Assembly: GCA_044892505.1 (NCBI GenBank)
Contig: CM097883.1
Location: 278,194,001 to 278,258,000, forward strand
Source of the DNA: Schmidtea nova
Lineage: Eukaryota
Length of the DNA stretch: 64,000 nt
Direction: 5' to 3'
A program made the translations under genes and the position numbers. Below the pieces are notes generated by a model, which was given only the letters and a program-made list of their open reading frames with translations, did not search any database and had not been told where the DNA came from. Positions within the stretch are counted from its first letter, which is position 1; each line of letters starts with the position of its first letter. Positions 39,200 through 52,500 of the stretch are shown piece by piece.

Positions 39200-41034
39200 T
39201 TCTAAAATACCCCCCACTCCCCCGATATCACGAAATAATTATAGTTGCAAATCAATACATTCATATCTTTCATTAACACCATCAATATCTAATACCGTAC
39301 AAAAATTTATTCATACACCAATACACACATACAACATCGTTTCACTCATTAACATCCATCAGCATCACACATCCAGATAATCTCCACCTCCATTATTAAA
39401 TTGCCTATTGTATCAAATCCCATCTCTTACATACAATCACCACAATGAAAAATTCATAATTAATTTATAAAAGTGTTTACACACATCAACTTGCAATCAC
39501 TGCACCAACTCATAGCAAAGCACAACATCCTTTGATACAAACCCCTTGCATCTCACAACCTTGCCACCATAAATTCATCAAATCAACTTAGCCAGCAATC
39601 TACATCCACATCCATTGCACTACACATGAGAATTAAATCCTCCACACATCCATACAAATTAGTTCACCTCGTTCGTCAAAAATACCCATAACAATGAATT
39701 ACATCTAGATTAGATTATCAACCTCATACACTCAATTCACTTACCAATGTAATGCCCTAACTTCCTAGCTGCCTATTTAGAAAACCAAATTTTTGTATCA
39801 ACGAATTGATTACATTTCGAATTATTCCCACGACTCATATTAAAATTGTTATCAAGCTGTTTATGTGAAGAATGAAGAAGTAGCTCGAAGTCAAGCTCGG
39901 TATCGGACACTCCTGGCTTAATCGAATTGCAAAGCTACTCTAAACCACCTATTTCCACTACGTCAAGATTCTTGTACTGCCACTTAATAATATATTTTGG
40001 ACTTTGAGCACTAATTCACCAAGCTCCAAATCCTAAGAAACATCACTCCCCATTTGTATTATTATTAATTAAATGCCCAGATGAAAATATTAAAGAAAAA
40101 TAATTTATCATAAACATTATTGACTTAGGAAAAATCCAACTAAAAGTAGCAAAGATTTTATTTACCAAAATAAAACATTTCAACATCTACTTACAAAAGT
40201 TTTGACAAAAATCTGACTCGAAAAGTACCACGTCATAAATAAGATAAATTCCATAAGTAAATTGATGGGTGAAAATATAGCTTCAACAGAAGCTGTCATC
40301 TAATAACTTAACGAATTGAATTGCTCCAACGCCATTGAATGGAAGCTGTAAGGAAAATGTGAATAAGATAATATAATAGTAAACCTACCATCATCAAATT
40401 ATCCAGGAAGAGCGATGAATCCTCGAAGTTTGAGTCAAACCGATTGGCAGTTGGCTGCAGTTTGCAACGACTTTAAAACCTAGAAAATTTACACATATAC
40501 TGCATTTGCTATTAACAAGAAAATTACCCATTTTACAGCAGATTAGAAATCAGATCTTCGTTTCATCAGATCCACTCGTTGTTCTTATTGGGGGAATTTG
40601 AATTTGAAATCTTCGACTAAAATCATTAAATGTAGAGTATTAACATAAAATTAATTTACTTAGAAACATCCAGTGGAAAGGGAAAATACCAAAAATCTAA
40701 AAATAAATTCGAAATCAATAATCTGTTATAACAAAATAGATTTTAATAATAAATATAACTTACCCAATAGAACTTATTTAATTTTAAGTTGCATGTATAT
40801 AGTTTATTTCAGAATTGAAATTGGCCGTTTCAAAGGGTAAGGGAACGGGTTAAAACCTAATTTTGTGTAGTAAAAATAATTAACAAATTTTGGAATATTT
40901 ATTATATAACATCAACTGCTTCTAAAACTTTAAACTCAATTTCAAATACAATCAATATTAAAACAACTGAAATTAAATTAAACAATAATTAAATATAATA
41001 ATTAAATGAAGCACATCTCCCCGTGATGTCGTCA

Positions 41035-44000
41035 TCAATATCGCGTCAGTTCATAGTCATCCAAGTAACGTGGCGGATTTCGTACTCTTATACTTCTACG
41101 CACTGAATCGTCAACTTCTAACTCTGCTACCTCGGTAGTGTCTTGCATTTGTAATTCGTCCTCTGTGGAATTCTCTTTTTTTCTTATGTCGGAAACATGA
41201 CGAGGCATACCGTCAATTTCAAAATTTGTAGATGAATTTACTTTTGTCACTATTCCTTCATTCCACCGAGAAGTACATCTTGCATCAGGAGGTTTTACAA
41301 AAACCGCCTCTCCCACAGTAAACCCGCCTTCTGGATCTGTCAAGACATCTTCCACTTCATCTGGGTGTCTCCATACGTAATTGAACGTTAGGTCGGAAGG
41401 AGACAAGTCCTCATCAACATCGTCTCTTAACGGCAAATTGTACCAATAAACCATATCCAATGGTTCTTCACCAGGCCGTGCTGCGATACGCTTAATCGTT
41501 CTATGGTTCCGCTCGATTATCCCATTTCCAGCAGGTCGATATGCACATCTGAACATGCGCCTAACCTCCCACTTCTTGCACAGCGAATCCATCGCTCCAG
41601 ATCTAAAGGATGTAGTGTTATCTACGAGTATTTCTACTGGTGAACCTCTTTCCCTAAATATCTGCTCTAAATTTCGAATTATGACTCCAACTTCCTCGCT
41701 AGCTATCTCCCTCCAAATTGCAAACCGACTCGGTCCACAATCGATAAATGTTAAATACAGTGCCGTACTATCGCAAGTGCAACAAGTGCAATGACACTGG
41801 GCCCCCTATTTTTGAGGGGCCCCAAATATTAAATACATTGGAAAAACTTCTCCATTAGAAACAATATATTTTAGAAGATAATTATACTATTATGGAGAAT
41901 TTGGAATACATTTTAGAAAGAAGTTTGGAAGAATTAAATCCAAATGTATGTATCATATATCGAAAAATTTTAACAGTACCCATTTTTCCTTTGTGAACGA
42001 TCATTGTGAACAATCGTTTTCAAAACTAAAATTAATTGAAAATTATCTACGGTCTACAATGTCACAGGAAAGACTTCCTGGATTGGCAATACTGCCGATT
42101 GGAAATGCAACAGCCAGAGCAATTGATTACAATGATATAAATAATGAATTTGCCAGCAAAAAAGCTAAAAAAAATTTACTTTATAATTGGTTTGTATTAT
42201 TTTTTTAAATAAAATCAATAAAAAATTAATTCAAATTAAAAAAAATTTTTTTTAGTTTCTGCACAGGGCCCCCAAAGGTTACAGCACGGCGCTGGTTAAT
42301 TACCTTTTATCCTTATAGTGAGTCACGTCGACCGCGATCCTCTTCCAATTTACCTCGACATCAAGCTTCCCGTGCTTCCATGTAACCGGTGCTGGATCAA
42401 TAGATCTGCATTCAACACATTTGCTAATGACATCTTGCACGTCTTTCTTAGTAATATTTGGGAATTTTCTCTTAGCAAGATGCAACGTTCTTTCAACGCC
42501 TAAATAATGAGCATTGTGAGACTTTACTAAGTCATCCATTCTTGTAATTACTACAGATGTTACATCCTTTACCCAGTAAAACCACGTCTTAGGTACTCTC
42601 GTTAGTATATCCGCTTTGTTCCTCTCTGTAGATACTAACTCTATCGAAAGAGCTAAATTGAAACTTTCTTGCAACTCCTTGATTATCTGTAATCTCCGCT
42701 GAATTAACATCTCTGATATTCCGTGTGTACGTACTCTTTCTTGATTGGACAATATAGAGGTAACCCAACATTTCACAGTGGCTGAATCTGTTTTTATTAA
42801 GATTTCTTTCAGGCCCCAAGCTAGACTTACATTTATGCCTTTAATAACGGCATCTAGCTCGGCTACATTAATATGACATACATCAATCTTCTTCCTCAAC
42901 CAGGACGCATCTTCAACTACATGACCTCCAATTTCCAAACAAACACCCAAGGCCAAACTACTTGCTCACACCATACTACACCGTTAAGTTGTTCTGACAC
43001 ATGCCATTCGCCACGCACCGGGTCATCTTTGGAAACACGAGCAATAGTGTCAGTTAACATCTTTTGCGCAATATGCCCAATTTTATCATCCCATTTTTCT
43101 TCACTACTGTGACGTTTTATGAAACCGCACGCAACTCGCAACCAATTTGCTACTGATTAGTGACCGAGCAATTGACCACAAATTGAAAATAATTGACGTC
43201 TCGACACTTCCTGCCCACTCTTCAAGACAGGAAGCTCATTACCTCTTGTCCAAATCCGATCCATGTTACGCATTGTTATTTGCAATCCTAAAACTCTTGC
43301 ATCATCGAATTTCTCTGGATTTTTCACTTCTAACCCATATTTCTGCAAATGATTTATAACATCCAAGACGCAAACTAATGACTGGTCTACTATTATGTCG
43401 TCTATATAACTATCTGTCGCTTCAGCAATGTCACTTCGCAGACTCAACACCTTTTCAAAACACTAGACATAATCTTTGGGGCTACATTCAACCCGAATCC
43501 CAGTCTAGTCAAATAGTAAAACTTATCGTCATAGCATACATTTTGATACTTCCAACATTCTTCATCGACATGCAACTGTAAATAAGCATTCTTTAAGTAG
43601 AGCATAATAACATCTCTACCCATCTTTCGCCATTGTCTCAATGACTCTCCACACACGTCACTTTGCCCAGTGTGACTCTTGACGAACTTATTCAATTCTC
43701 GGAAATCCATAACAGGTCGAACTTTATTCTTGTTCGTCTGATCCACTGCCATTAATGGAATCGTACCACAGGCGCTTGATTCGGACGGTACAAGCCATCC
43801 TTCCTCTATCCAACGCCTCATCTCTGCATCAAACGGTGCTTGAATATCGTTTGTCATCTTATAACAAGCAATCTTGTTCCACAATATCGCTGGTCCAGAC
43901 TTCCATTTCCATTTGACGACCCATTTCTTGTCGAATCTAGCTTCGAAATCTTCGTCTATAATATTGATGACGTTCGGAGAAGAACTTGCCCCAGTGACAC

Positions 44001-44352
44001 ACTTATCACTCAGCGCACATACCTTCTCTTTCGAAAAAACGACTCCATCTCTACTAATCAGGACACCCCCTAATCTTCCAATAATATCCATGCCCAGGAT
44101 CATTTCAATATCGTAGGGTAATTCTTCGAGAGCCAGACAATTTACTCGTAAATCTATACCTCTAATCACCAAGTTTACTAATATATCACAATAACACGAC
44201 ACTGAGGTTCCATTTGCTATCATTACCTCGTCCTTTCTTCTCAACTGTTTGCTTACCAACGAAGACAAAACAACAGATATTGAGCATCCGGAATCAATCA
44301 AAGCATTTGCCTCTCTCCCATCCACGTTAATTGTGATTATTTGCAACGCCAT
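41035..44352 (-). pseudogene. pol: Gypsy pol (protease, RT, RNase H, integrase)
   Basis: LIDSG, RPVMDFRELN, YIDD, TDS/NKAD, H..H..C..C, VDVTH, NGIIER; frameshifts and a hAT insertion. Confidence 0.93.
41758..42294 (+). mobile_element. Non-autonomous hAT inserted in the Gypsy integrase
   Basis: TIRs CAGTGCCGTACT / AGCACGGCGCTG; TSD GTTAAATA / GTTAATTA; relic CEQSFSKLKLIENYLRSTMSQERL. Confidence 0.9.
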
Positions 44353-45041
44353 TACTGGTTCAATGGAGTAGACACCGGCGTTAGTGTTACCCCGTTGTCG
44401 TTTTTTGAATTCTTATTCGGACATACTCTAGATATGTGATCGGTGCCATTACAAGACCAACACTTTGTACCAAACTTCTTAAAACAACGTTCAGCTACGT
44501 GGCCAATCTTATCGCAATGAGTACAACGTTTTACTTTGTTATATACAACGTTGACACATTCAATGTCTTGAACTCTCGTATTCATCATTGCCCGTGTTAT
44601 CTGAACAATATCCTCCATTGGCATAGTATCAATCTATGGAGTAGCCTGCAACAATCTCGACACGTCTTTAGGGAGTCCTACGACAAAAGCGTTCCTAACG
44701 GAGTTCTCATTCACTCTTGCAAGTTTTGCATGAAATCTTAGATCGGCCAAAAATACATCCACTGATCCTCCAGTCCATCTACAATTTCTCATTTTTTCAT
44801 ATGATAAAAACATACTTGGAGAAAAAGCTTTTTCCAATGCATCCTCGATTGCTTCAAAACTAGCCTTGTCCCTTTCTGATAAATGTTCGTAGACGGCATA
44901 TGCATCACCTTTCAAAAGAATAGGCATAAGAACGTCTATAGTTTCTATCTTCAACATCTTTACAATTGATTTGAGTTGAGCAAACCAGCTTGCAACATTG
45001 CCGGTTCCATCGAATTTTTCCAGATATTTGAAAACTTCCAT
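44352..45041 (-). pseudogene. gag: Gypsy gag with two CCHC knuckles; in-frame TAG at ~44634
   Basis: CTHCDKIGHVAERC, CWSCNGTDHISRVC. Confidence 0.9.
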
Positions 45042-46233
45042 CGATGGCCGCGATAGCTTGTAGTAAAGATAATTAACAAATTTTGGAATATTTATTATAT
45101 AACATCAACTGCCTCTAAAACTTTAAACTCAATTTCAAATACAATCAACATTAAAACAACTGAAATTAAATTAAACAATAATTAAATATAATAACTAAAT
45201 TAAGCACATTTTGTAATATAAAATTAAAAGTACTATCTCTTCGCATTTATATATATATATATATCCTAATGCCTATCAACCCAGGTTTTCCTTTTGATAT
45301 TAACTCTAACTGTTCCCATTGCCAAGGCCTCTATAAAAGTTTCAAATTTAAAAACATTAAAGTTCCACCAAAAAATTAAAAATGATTTAAAGGACAAGAT
45401 AGACACTACGTAGGTTTAAGAGATAATTAAATTTTAGTTAAGTTTTCTATCATAAAAAATACGGAAATTGGAAAAAATCTCTAAAACAATAATCTTTTAG
45501 TCAAAATCAGCAGCGATCGAATACCCTTGAATATATGCATTCTTGAAGGAATATTCGGTCCCTGAATCGAGTAGCGATCATATTCTACATGAGAACGATG
45601 TTGTATGAGTAAGTACATAAAAAACCTTTGCATTTCTGAGATCAATAACTTTTACTTGCTTGAAATAAATGTTTTTATAACTACAAATAAAGTAAAATTC
45701 GTTGTAGACATCACAAAATCGATCGATTTAATACCAGATTTGACGGAAGTGCTCGTAAAATAAAACCAAGGACAAAATATTTGCACGAACCGAATATTTT
45801 GATACTGTGATGATATGATTTTTATAATTTTGCTGTGTTTATTGATTTGCTATGTGTATCTTAAATATATCCTTACTTAAATTGGTTAGTGTTTTGATGA
45901 TTGGAATGATTTCTTTTAATACAATAATAAATTTATTTTGAAGTAGATTATTTATTTTGAATTTTCCGATTAAAATCTTGTCGAATGCTTGTAGATAAAC
46001 CGTTAAATGGGCATTAAACCTTCTATCGGTAGCCCTTGGACCCAGGAGATATTCGGTCAATCATAGTTTCGAAGTTTTCGACGCTCACTGATTGCGAATA
46101 CCCACCCATTTGTTACCAACTTTACCAACTTTACATTGTGACGGGCAACAAGATGGTTAATTCAATGTTTTATGTGTTGAGTTGTTGATGTGAGCCATAA
46201 CAATGTCAAGGTCATATTGACGGTCAACAACCC

Positions 46234-46303
<70 letters not shown>

Positions 46304-46691
46304 ACAGAGTAGGATTTACTCTTGAGGTGGCCCAAAGCTAAAAACTTATGGGTTTCTTTTATAATTTTTTTAAACCAAATGGTTAATTTGTTTCCTGTTG
46401 TTAATAACTTTTATTAAATGTTATTTCGTCTGACTTTAAAAGCACAATTAGAAACATGAAGCAATGATTTGATTTTAATGTTTTGTTTGTAAACGGCTGA
46501 AGAAAATCAAAGCCAACATTGTTTATTTTTAATAAAATTTTGAAAAAGATATTGTGCTTTCGTGAAAGTTTTACTTTAGAAATGTATTACATTAAATATA
46601 ATATGTAATATAATTAAATACTCATTTACTTATATTCCATAAATATAATTAAAAGCTGTAATAAGTTTTTATAATAATAATAAATATATAA

Positions 46692-46724
<33 letters not shown>

Positions 46725-47320
46725 CTGGAGAATTACTAAAAATCATTATTTATCTACATTTCCTCTATTTACTATAATCACTAAAATATAAGACAAAGTC
46801 TTTGTTACCACAAAAATTTATTAAAAAATTGTCTTCTAATTGGACTCTTAATTTTAAATAGATTATATAACTGAAGATTAAGCTCCAGATTATCCAATTT
46901 GTCTGTACATATTCTGTATAACTTTCAATAAAAATTGGAGACCGTCTTATATTAGGTAAATACGGTATTTAGCAGCAAAATTTTTAAATTTCTTTATTTA
47001 TTATGATTTGCGTAACAATATTTTGCTTATTTTCAAAATAATATTAACAATCAAATTTAGTAGGCTTTCGTCCCATCTATTTATACGGCCAGAAAGGGTC
47101 CCATTAAAAACTGACTAATTGAGATCCTGGATGATTTAAAAATATATCATTTTGTAACTTAGATTCAATAAGAACCTTATAAATTTGTAAATATTATTCT
47201 GAATAATCAAAATGTAATTAAAAGAAAAAAAGTAATTTATTGTGTGAATTATGGCATGACAGGAAAAGTGATTAAGTTGAACTCATCAAACTGAAATATA
47301 TGAAAGTTTGAAATAGAAAT

Positions 47321-49453
47321 TTATTGCTTCAGAACACTTTTCAATCCAAACAATTGAACTCTTTTGCGACAATGCCTCATGCAATCTTTTCGTCTTAATG
47401 ATCTTTTAGATTTTATTCTTTTCATTTTAGCTCTTTTGCAATGTCTTTTGCAGCCACATTTGATGCTTAATCGTCGTCTTTGACCTACAATATAAATATA
47501 TTGAATTAATATTTAGACCACCTAAAATCAAATAAAATATTATTAAGATACCCTAAAGCAGTGGTTGTCAACTAATTTAAAAGCGCGGAACACCATTCAC
47601 ATGATTTTTTTACGCGGAACACTGACAAAAAATACATAAAAACATTCACAAACGAACATATTATTTCATTTTTGAATAATGAAACGACTTTTGAACCTTC
47701 TTCTATTAATAAATGGTCTTGAAGATATTAAATATAAACGCACATTACCAAAAAACAAATTTATTCAACAAAGAAATACTTACACGAAAAAAATTAAACA
47801 TTCACAGTGCAAATTACACGCAAACATATATACAACAAAAATAAAACAGTAAAAAAACAAATACTATATTATAGTAGAAAAACAAGTGTATTAATTTATT
47901 GATAATCACATTTATTCACTGCCGATCTTTTAAAAATGTACATCTCGAAACTTGGATAACGAATGTTTCATATTTAATTTTACTCTATAATTGGGAAAAT
48001 CTCATGGTGGAGCCACAATGAGTGACCAATCACAAATTACTATAACCCTATCGTAAACGTAAACAATGCCTTCTTAGAAGCAATGAAAATGCCACGAGCA
48101 ACAATAACAAGCAATAAAAATTGGATAATCCTGGCTCAAAATTTGAGCCTATCTGTGTGCGGCGTTGTGTTGATGTGCGCACTCTTATGTGTTTTTCTTG
48201 CTCGCGCCAGTGTGCGCATGATTATAATTTTATTTTATTTTGTCTCGCGTCCGTGTGCGCATAGATCTATCACGTCTGTGTGCGCATTTTTGGTGTAGAA
48301 TTGATTAATCTTTTAGAATTAAAGTCTGGTTTTATTATTTGATAATTTGGTTGTTTTACTGCTTCTTTTTGGGGATTTTTCGAAATGGATTATTTTGTTA
48401 TTGATAATTTTGCTGAACAATTGGAATTTAATTGGAATGAGTTTTTTGATTCAAATTTTGCTGAACAATTGGAATTTAATTGGAATTTGGTAGTTTATTA
48501 AAAATGGATTTAAAAATAAAAAAGTTATTGGCCATATGGATTAATTCTGTTGACAATGAAGGCGAATTGCAATACAAATCTGAAAGCTCCGTCGTGCAAA
48601 TTCTTGACAAAGTCAATTGCCAAATCATTTCAAAAATGTCCCATGATCATGTGGATTCTTATGTGTTGAGGGAAAGCAGTTTGTTCGTATCGCAAAGGAG
48701 AATAATCCCAGAAACTTGTGGCACAACATTTCTATTAAATGCTTCGAAATCGATATTGGAATTTGGCAAATGTTTAGCGTTTCATGAATACCAGATATTT
48801 CATTCGCGTCGACGATTTGAATATCCTGCTTGTCAAATATTGGTTGCTCAAGACTTTTTTGATGAAATTGATCATTTCGATACTCTTGCTAATGTCAAAG
48901 GAAATGCCTACTCATTTGGTCGATCCAATGCTTCTTTAGACGTTTTCCAATTTATCTATGAAACTTGCGACATTGTGATGGCCAAATTGTTTGATGGAAA
49001 TAGAAGTACTTATGTAATCGTCTTGGCTCAATTAAAACAAAAATACTTTTATCTTTGTATGTTTATATATCTGTGTAACGGGTTTCTTATTGAATCATTT
49101 TATAAAAAAATTAATTGAGATTTTTGATGATATTTATCTTAAATGCAAATTTAAAGATAAAATGTAGATTTTTCACGGAACACTGAAAGCGGATTCGCGG
49201 AACACGGGTTGAGAACCACTGCTCTAATGGATAAAATTTAAAACATTTTTATTAATATACATAATGTTATTCAACATTCAATTAATAAAAATGAAAGAAA
49301 AATGAAATTTTACTATAACTATTATTTTTAATCGACCACAGGACATTTTTACTTCAGTGTTTTTTGAAAACAAACTTTTCTCTATCGAATAATGCATAAT
49401 TTATTAATTATTTTTACATGTAATATTTTACTCTTTTTTATACATTTGTTTAA

Positions 49454-49522
<69 letters not shown>

Positions 49523-52500
49523 TCGCATTTGTGCATTTTTCTAGTGTGGGGGTTTGAAAATTAGTGGAGGAATTTTGTTTGGACGGTTTTTTAAGTTTGG
49601 GTTTGGAGGGGATGATTTGAGTGTGATTGGAGTTTGAGATTTGGAAAGTTTTAAAAAGTTATTTTGGTTTAGATTTGATTTTTATTATATTTCTATTATG
49701 TAATAACTGAATAAATCAATAAATGGTATAATGTAATAATTGTTGAATCAATATATGATCTTGCATAATAAAATTCAATATTATTTCATAAATATATAAA
49801 ACTTTAAATATTTTACTTAATTTTTGTATTTTTATTTATAAATTACTCAATAAAAATGGATAATTATGCTAATAAAATGGGTAATTATTTCTTCTACTAT
49901 GATAGTAGAGGAATACTAACTATATAGATCATGCCAGATGTCTAAGAACTGCTCCTCCAAATTTTTAAGATACCCCACATTTTTTTAAATAACGTAATTC
50001 CAACATAATAACTACGTTATTTTATTAAAAAACAAATTAAATAATTATCCTTTTTTATTGAGTAATTTTCACATAAAAATAACAAAAATACATGATTTAT
50101 GATATATATGACTTAATATTGAAAGAACTTTATTATATAAAATTGTATATTAGTCCATTTAGTTATTACACAATAACATATATTGGGTAATGTAATTATT
50201 ACATAGTATTACTTATTGATTCACGCAATACTATATTGTATATAATACTTTATTTTTATATACAATACTGTATATTGATTCATATAATTATTACGTATTA
50301 AATTTATAAAAATAAAGAAAATTTAATTAAAGAAAAAAAGAAAATAATAAATAAAATAATAAATAAATATTTATTGCTTAAAAAAATTTTTTATTTAAAT
50401 TTAATTTTTTTCTACAAATTTTACTTGGCAAATACTTGTCAGAAATTACTAAACATTTAAATAAAATTCAATATACTGAAACCGTTTTTGTTTTGACATT
50501 ATATACCAATTGTCTATATATAAAATGCCAATGCTTTTCAATCCATTTGTCCGTCTTTCACGGCCCATATTTAATTTTAAATAAATTTTTAAAAATCTAT
50601 GCGCATATGATGGGCTTTTTAGCTAGTTTATTATATAATATTTTTAAAACATTGTAAAATTTACTTTTGGTTTTTGATTTTATTAAAATGTGTTTAAATG
50701 TTTAATAAATTTTACCATTTAACTAAAGATAAGCATTACTTGTTGTCAGACATTGCTTATAAAATGTAAGCGTAAACGCCTTGACCGGAGTGAATCTATC
50801 TTTTGGAGAACTGAATGAAAAGCTTAATTCAACTTTGACCTTTCCCGAAACCTTTCCAGAACAAGGAAGAGTCAGTTTTATACCTAAATAAAAAAAATTA
50901 TTGGTTTATTTCGCTGGACAGAAATTCTTTGAAAAATTCTATTTTAGTTTATTTTACCTAATTTATTAGTAGTTTCAGAAAATAATAAAACATTCAGATA
51001 GTAATTGACTTGTTCAGATCATTTTGGCATTGAATCAAGGATAATTTTTATTTAATATTTTGATATTCACTTGGCATTTGTAGTAAAACCGAAAATTATT
51101 AATGCATTATTGCATCCTATAATATTATTATTACCCAATTCTTTTAAAAACAATTCTTAATGAATGAAATTTATGAGTACCCGTGAATTTTTAACTTTCA
51201 TCAGTGGCGGACTGACCCGGGTTGCCGGGTTGCCGGGTTGCGTTAGCAACCCNNNNNNNNNNNNNNNNNNNNNNNNNNNNNNNNNNNNNNNNNNNNNNNN
51301 NNNNNNNNNNNNNNNNNNNNNNNNNNNNNNNNNNNNNNNNNNNNNNNNNNNNNNNNNNNNNNNNNNNNNNNNNNNNNNNNNGTCAGAACTGTCTTGTATG
51401 TGCTTTCAAAGCTCTCCATTTCCATAATTTATTTGTTTCCTACACAAATTTGTACATTGTGTATAAGATGGTCATGACACTCAACTGTACACAGGTCAGT
51501 TGTGAACGCTCATTTAGCAAATTGAAAATGATAAAAAGTCGATTGCGCTCAACGATTGGAAAACCACACCTAGAAGCACTAATGTTGATTGCTTTAGAAG
51601 AGAAGAATTTCCCCATAGATCATGATGTCATCATAGACCACCTTGCAAAAAGTTCTAACGAATTAAAACGTGCTTTACTGTACTAACATTTTCTCCTGTT
51701 TATTTCTGCCTGTTACTTGCTCCACATACTGTACGTGTTGTTTTCTGGTGCTAAATGAGCTGTAATATTTAATAAGTAGCCTATCTAATCATTTTCTTTT
51801 TAATGGGTAATCAAATGATATTACAATGTTGGTGTGTAACTACCATAGTGTGCACAAAAGTCATTTTTCACGTAAATTTAACATAGAGGTAAAATTTGTT
51901 TAGAAAGAATTCGTGACCCTGCATGCAATTACGGGCCCCTGAGGTACATCAGCAACCCTGAGAATAAGTAGCCAGTCCGCCACTGACTTTCATTGCCAAT
52001 TAAATATTTTTTATAACTGTAACAATTAGTATAAGTAAAGCTAATTTATATAATTAATGTGTTCTAACAATTATTTTCAATATTACTTACCTTACTATCT
52101 TATGTAAACCATTTCTATATTCAATCTACTATACGAAGAGAATGTTTTGGTCATTCAATATGACTCATACTCACTTGACTTTTGTGTGTAAGCTGGATAA
52201 TTTTAAATACATCCGGTTGTATAGATTCGTATCCGTCTATCTAGTTGTCCAGTACGTATGACTGCTTGTCACAAAAGTATATATGAATACTTTGAATGGT
52301 CGACACATTTCGCTGCTTATAGCAGATTCAAATTGGAAATAGTGTGCTTATCATAATAAAAAATTTTGTATCATGCCATGTGTTAAATAACGTTTGTTTA
52401 GTCATAGTGGTTTGGTGGATTAATTGAAATGCGTTGTGATTGAAGTTTGTTTAAATCAGCAAAAATAGTTGAATTTTAAGGACCATTTGTAGTCCTTGAT

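Larger units (their letters stand above)
40866..45208 (-). mobile_element. Full-length Gypsy/Ty3 LTR retrotransposon (inactivated)
   Basis: 150-bp LTRs 40866-41015 and 45059-45208 (TG..CA, 5 mismatches), TSD TTTTG, polypurine tract 41016-41023, order gag-PR-RT-RH-IN. Confidence 0.96.

Noticed and set aside
39200-40300. Possible non-LTR retrotransposon relic (C/A-skewed; similar doubt at 34930-35480)
   Set aside because: No recognisable RT or endonuclease motif could be read
52300-52340. Hammerhead-like stem plus GAAA on the minus strand
   Set aside because: Lacks a valid YUGANRA core and stem I
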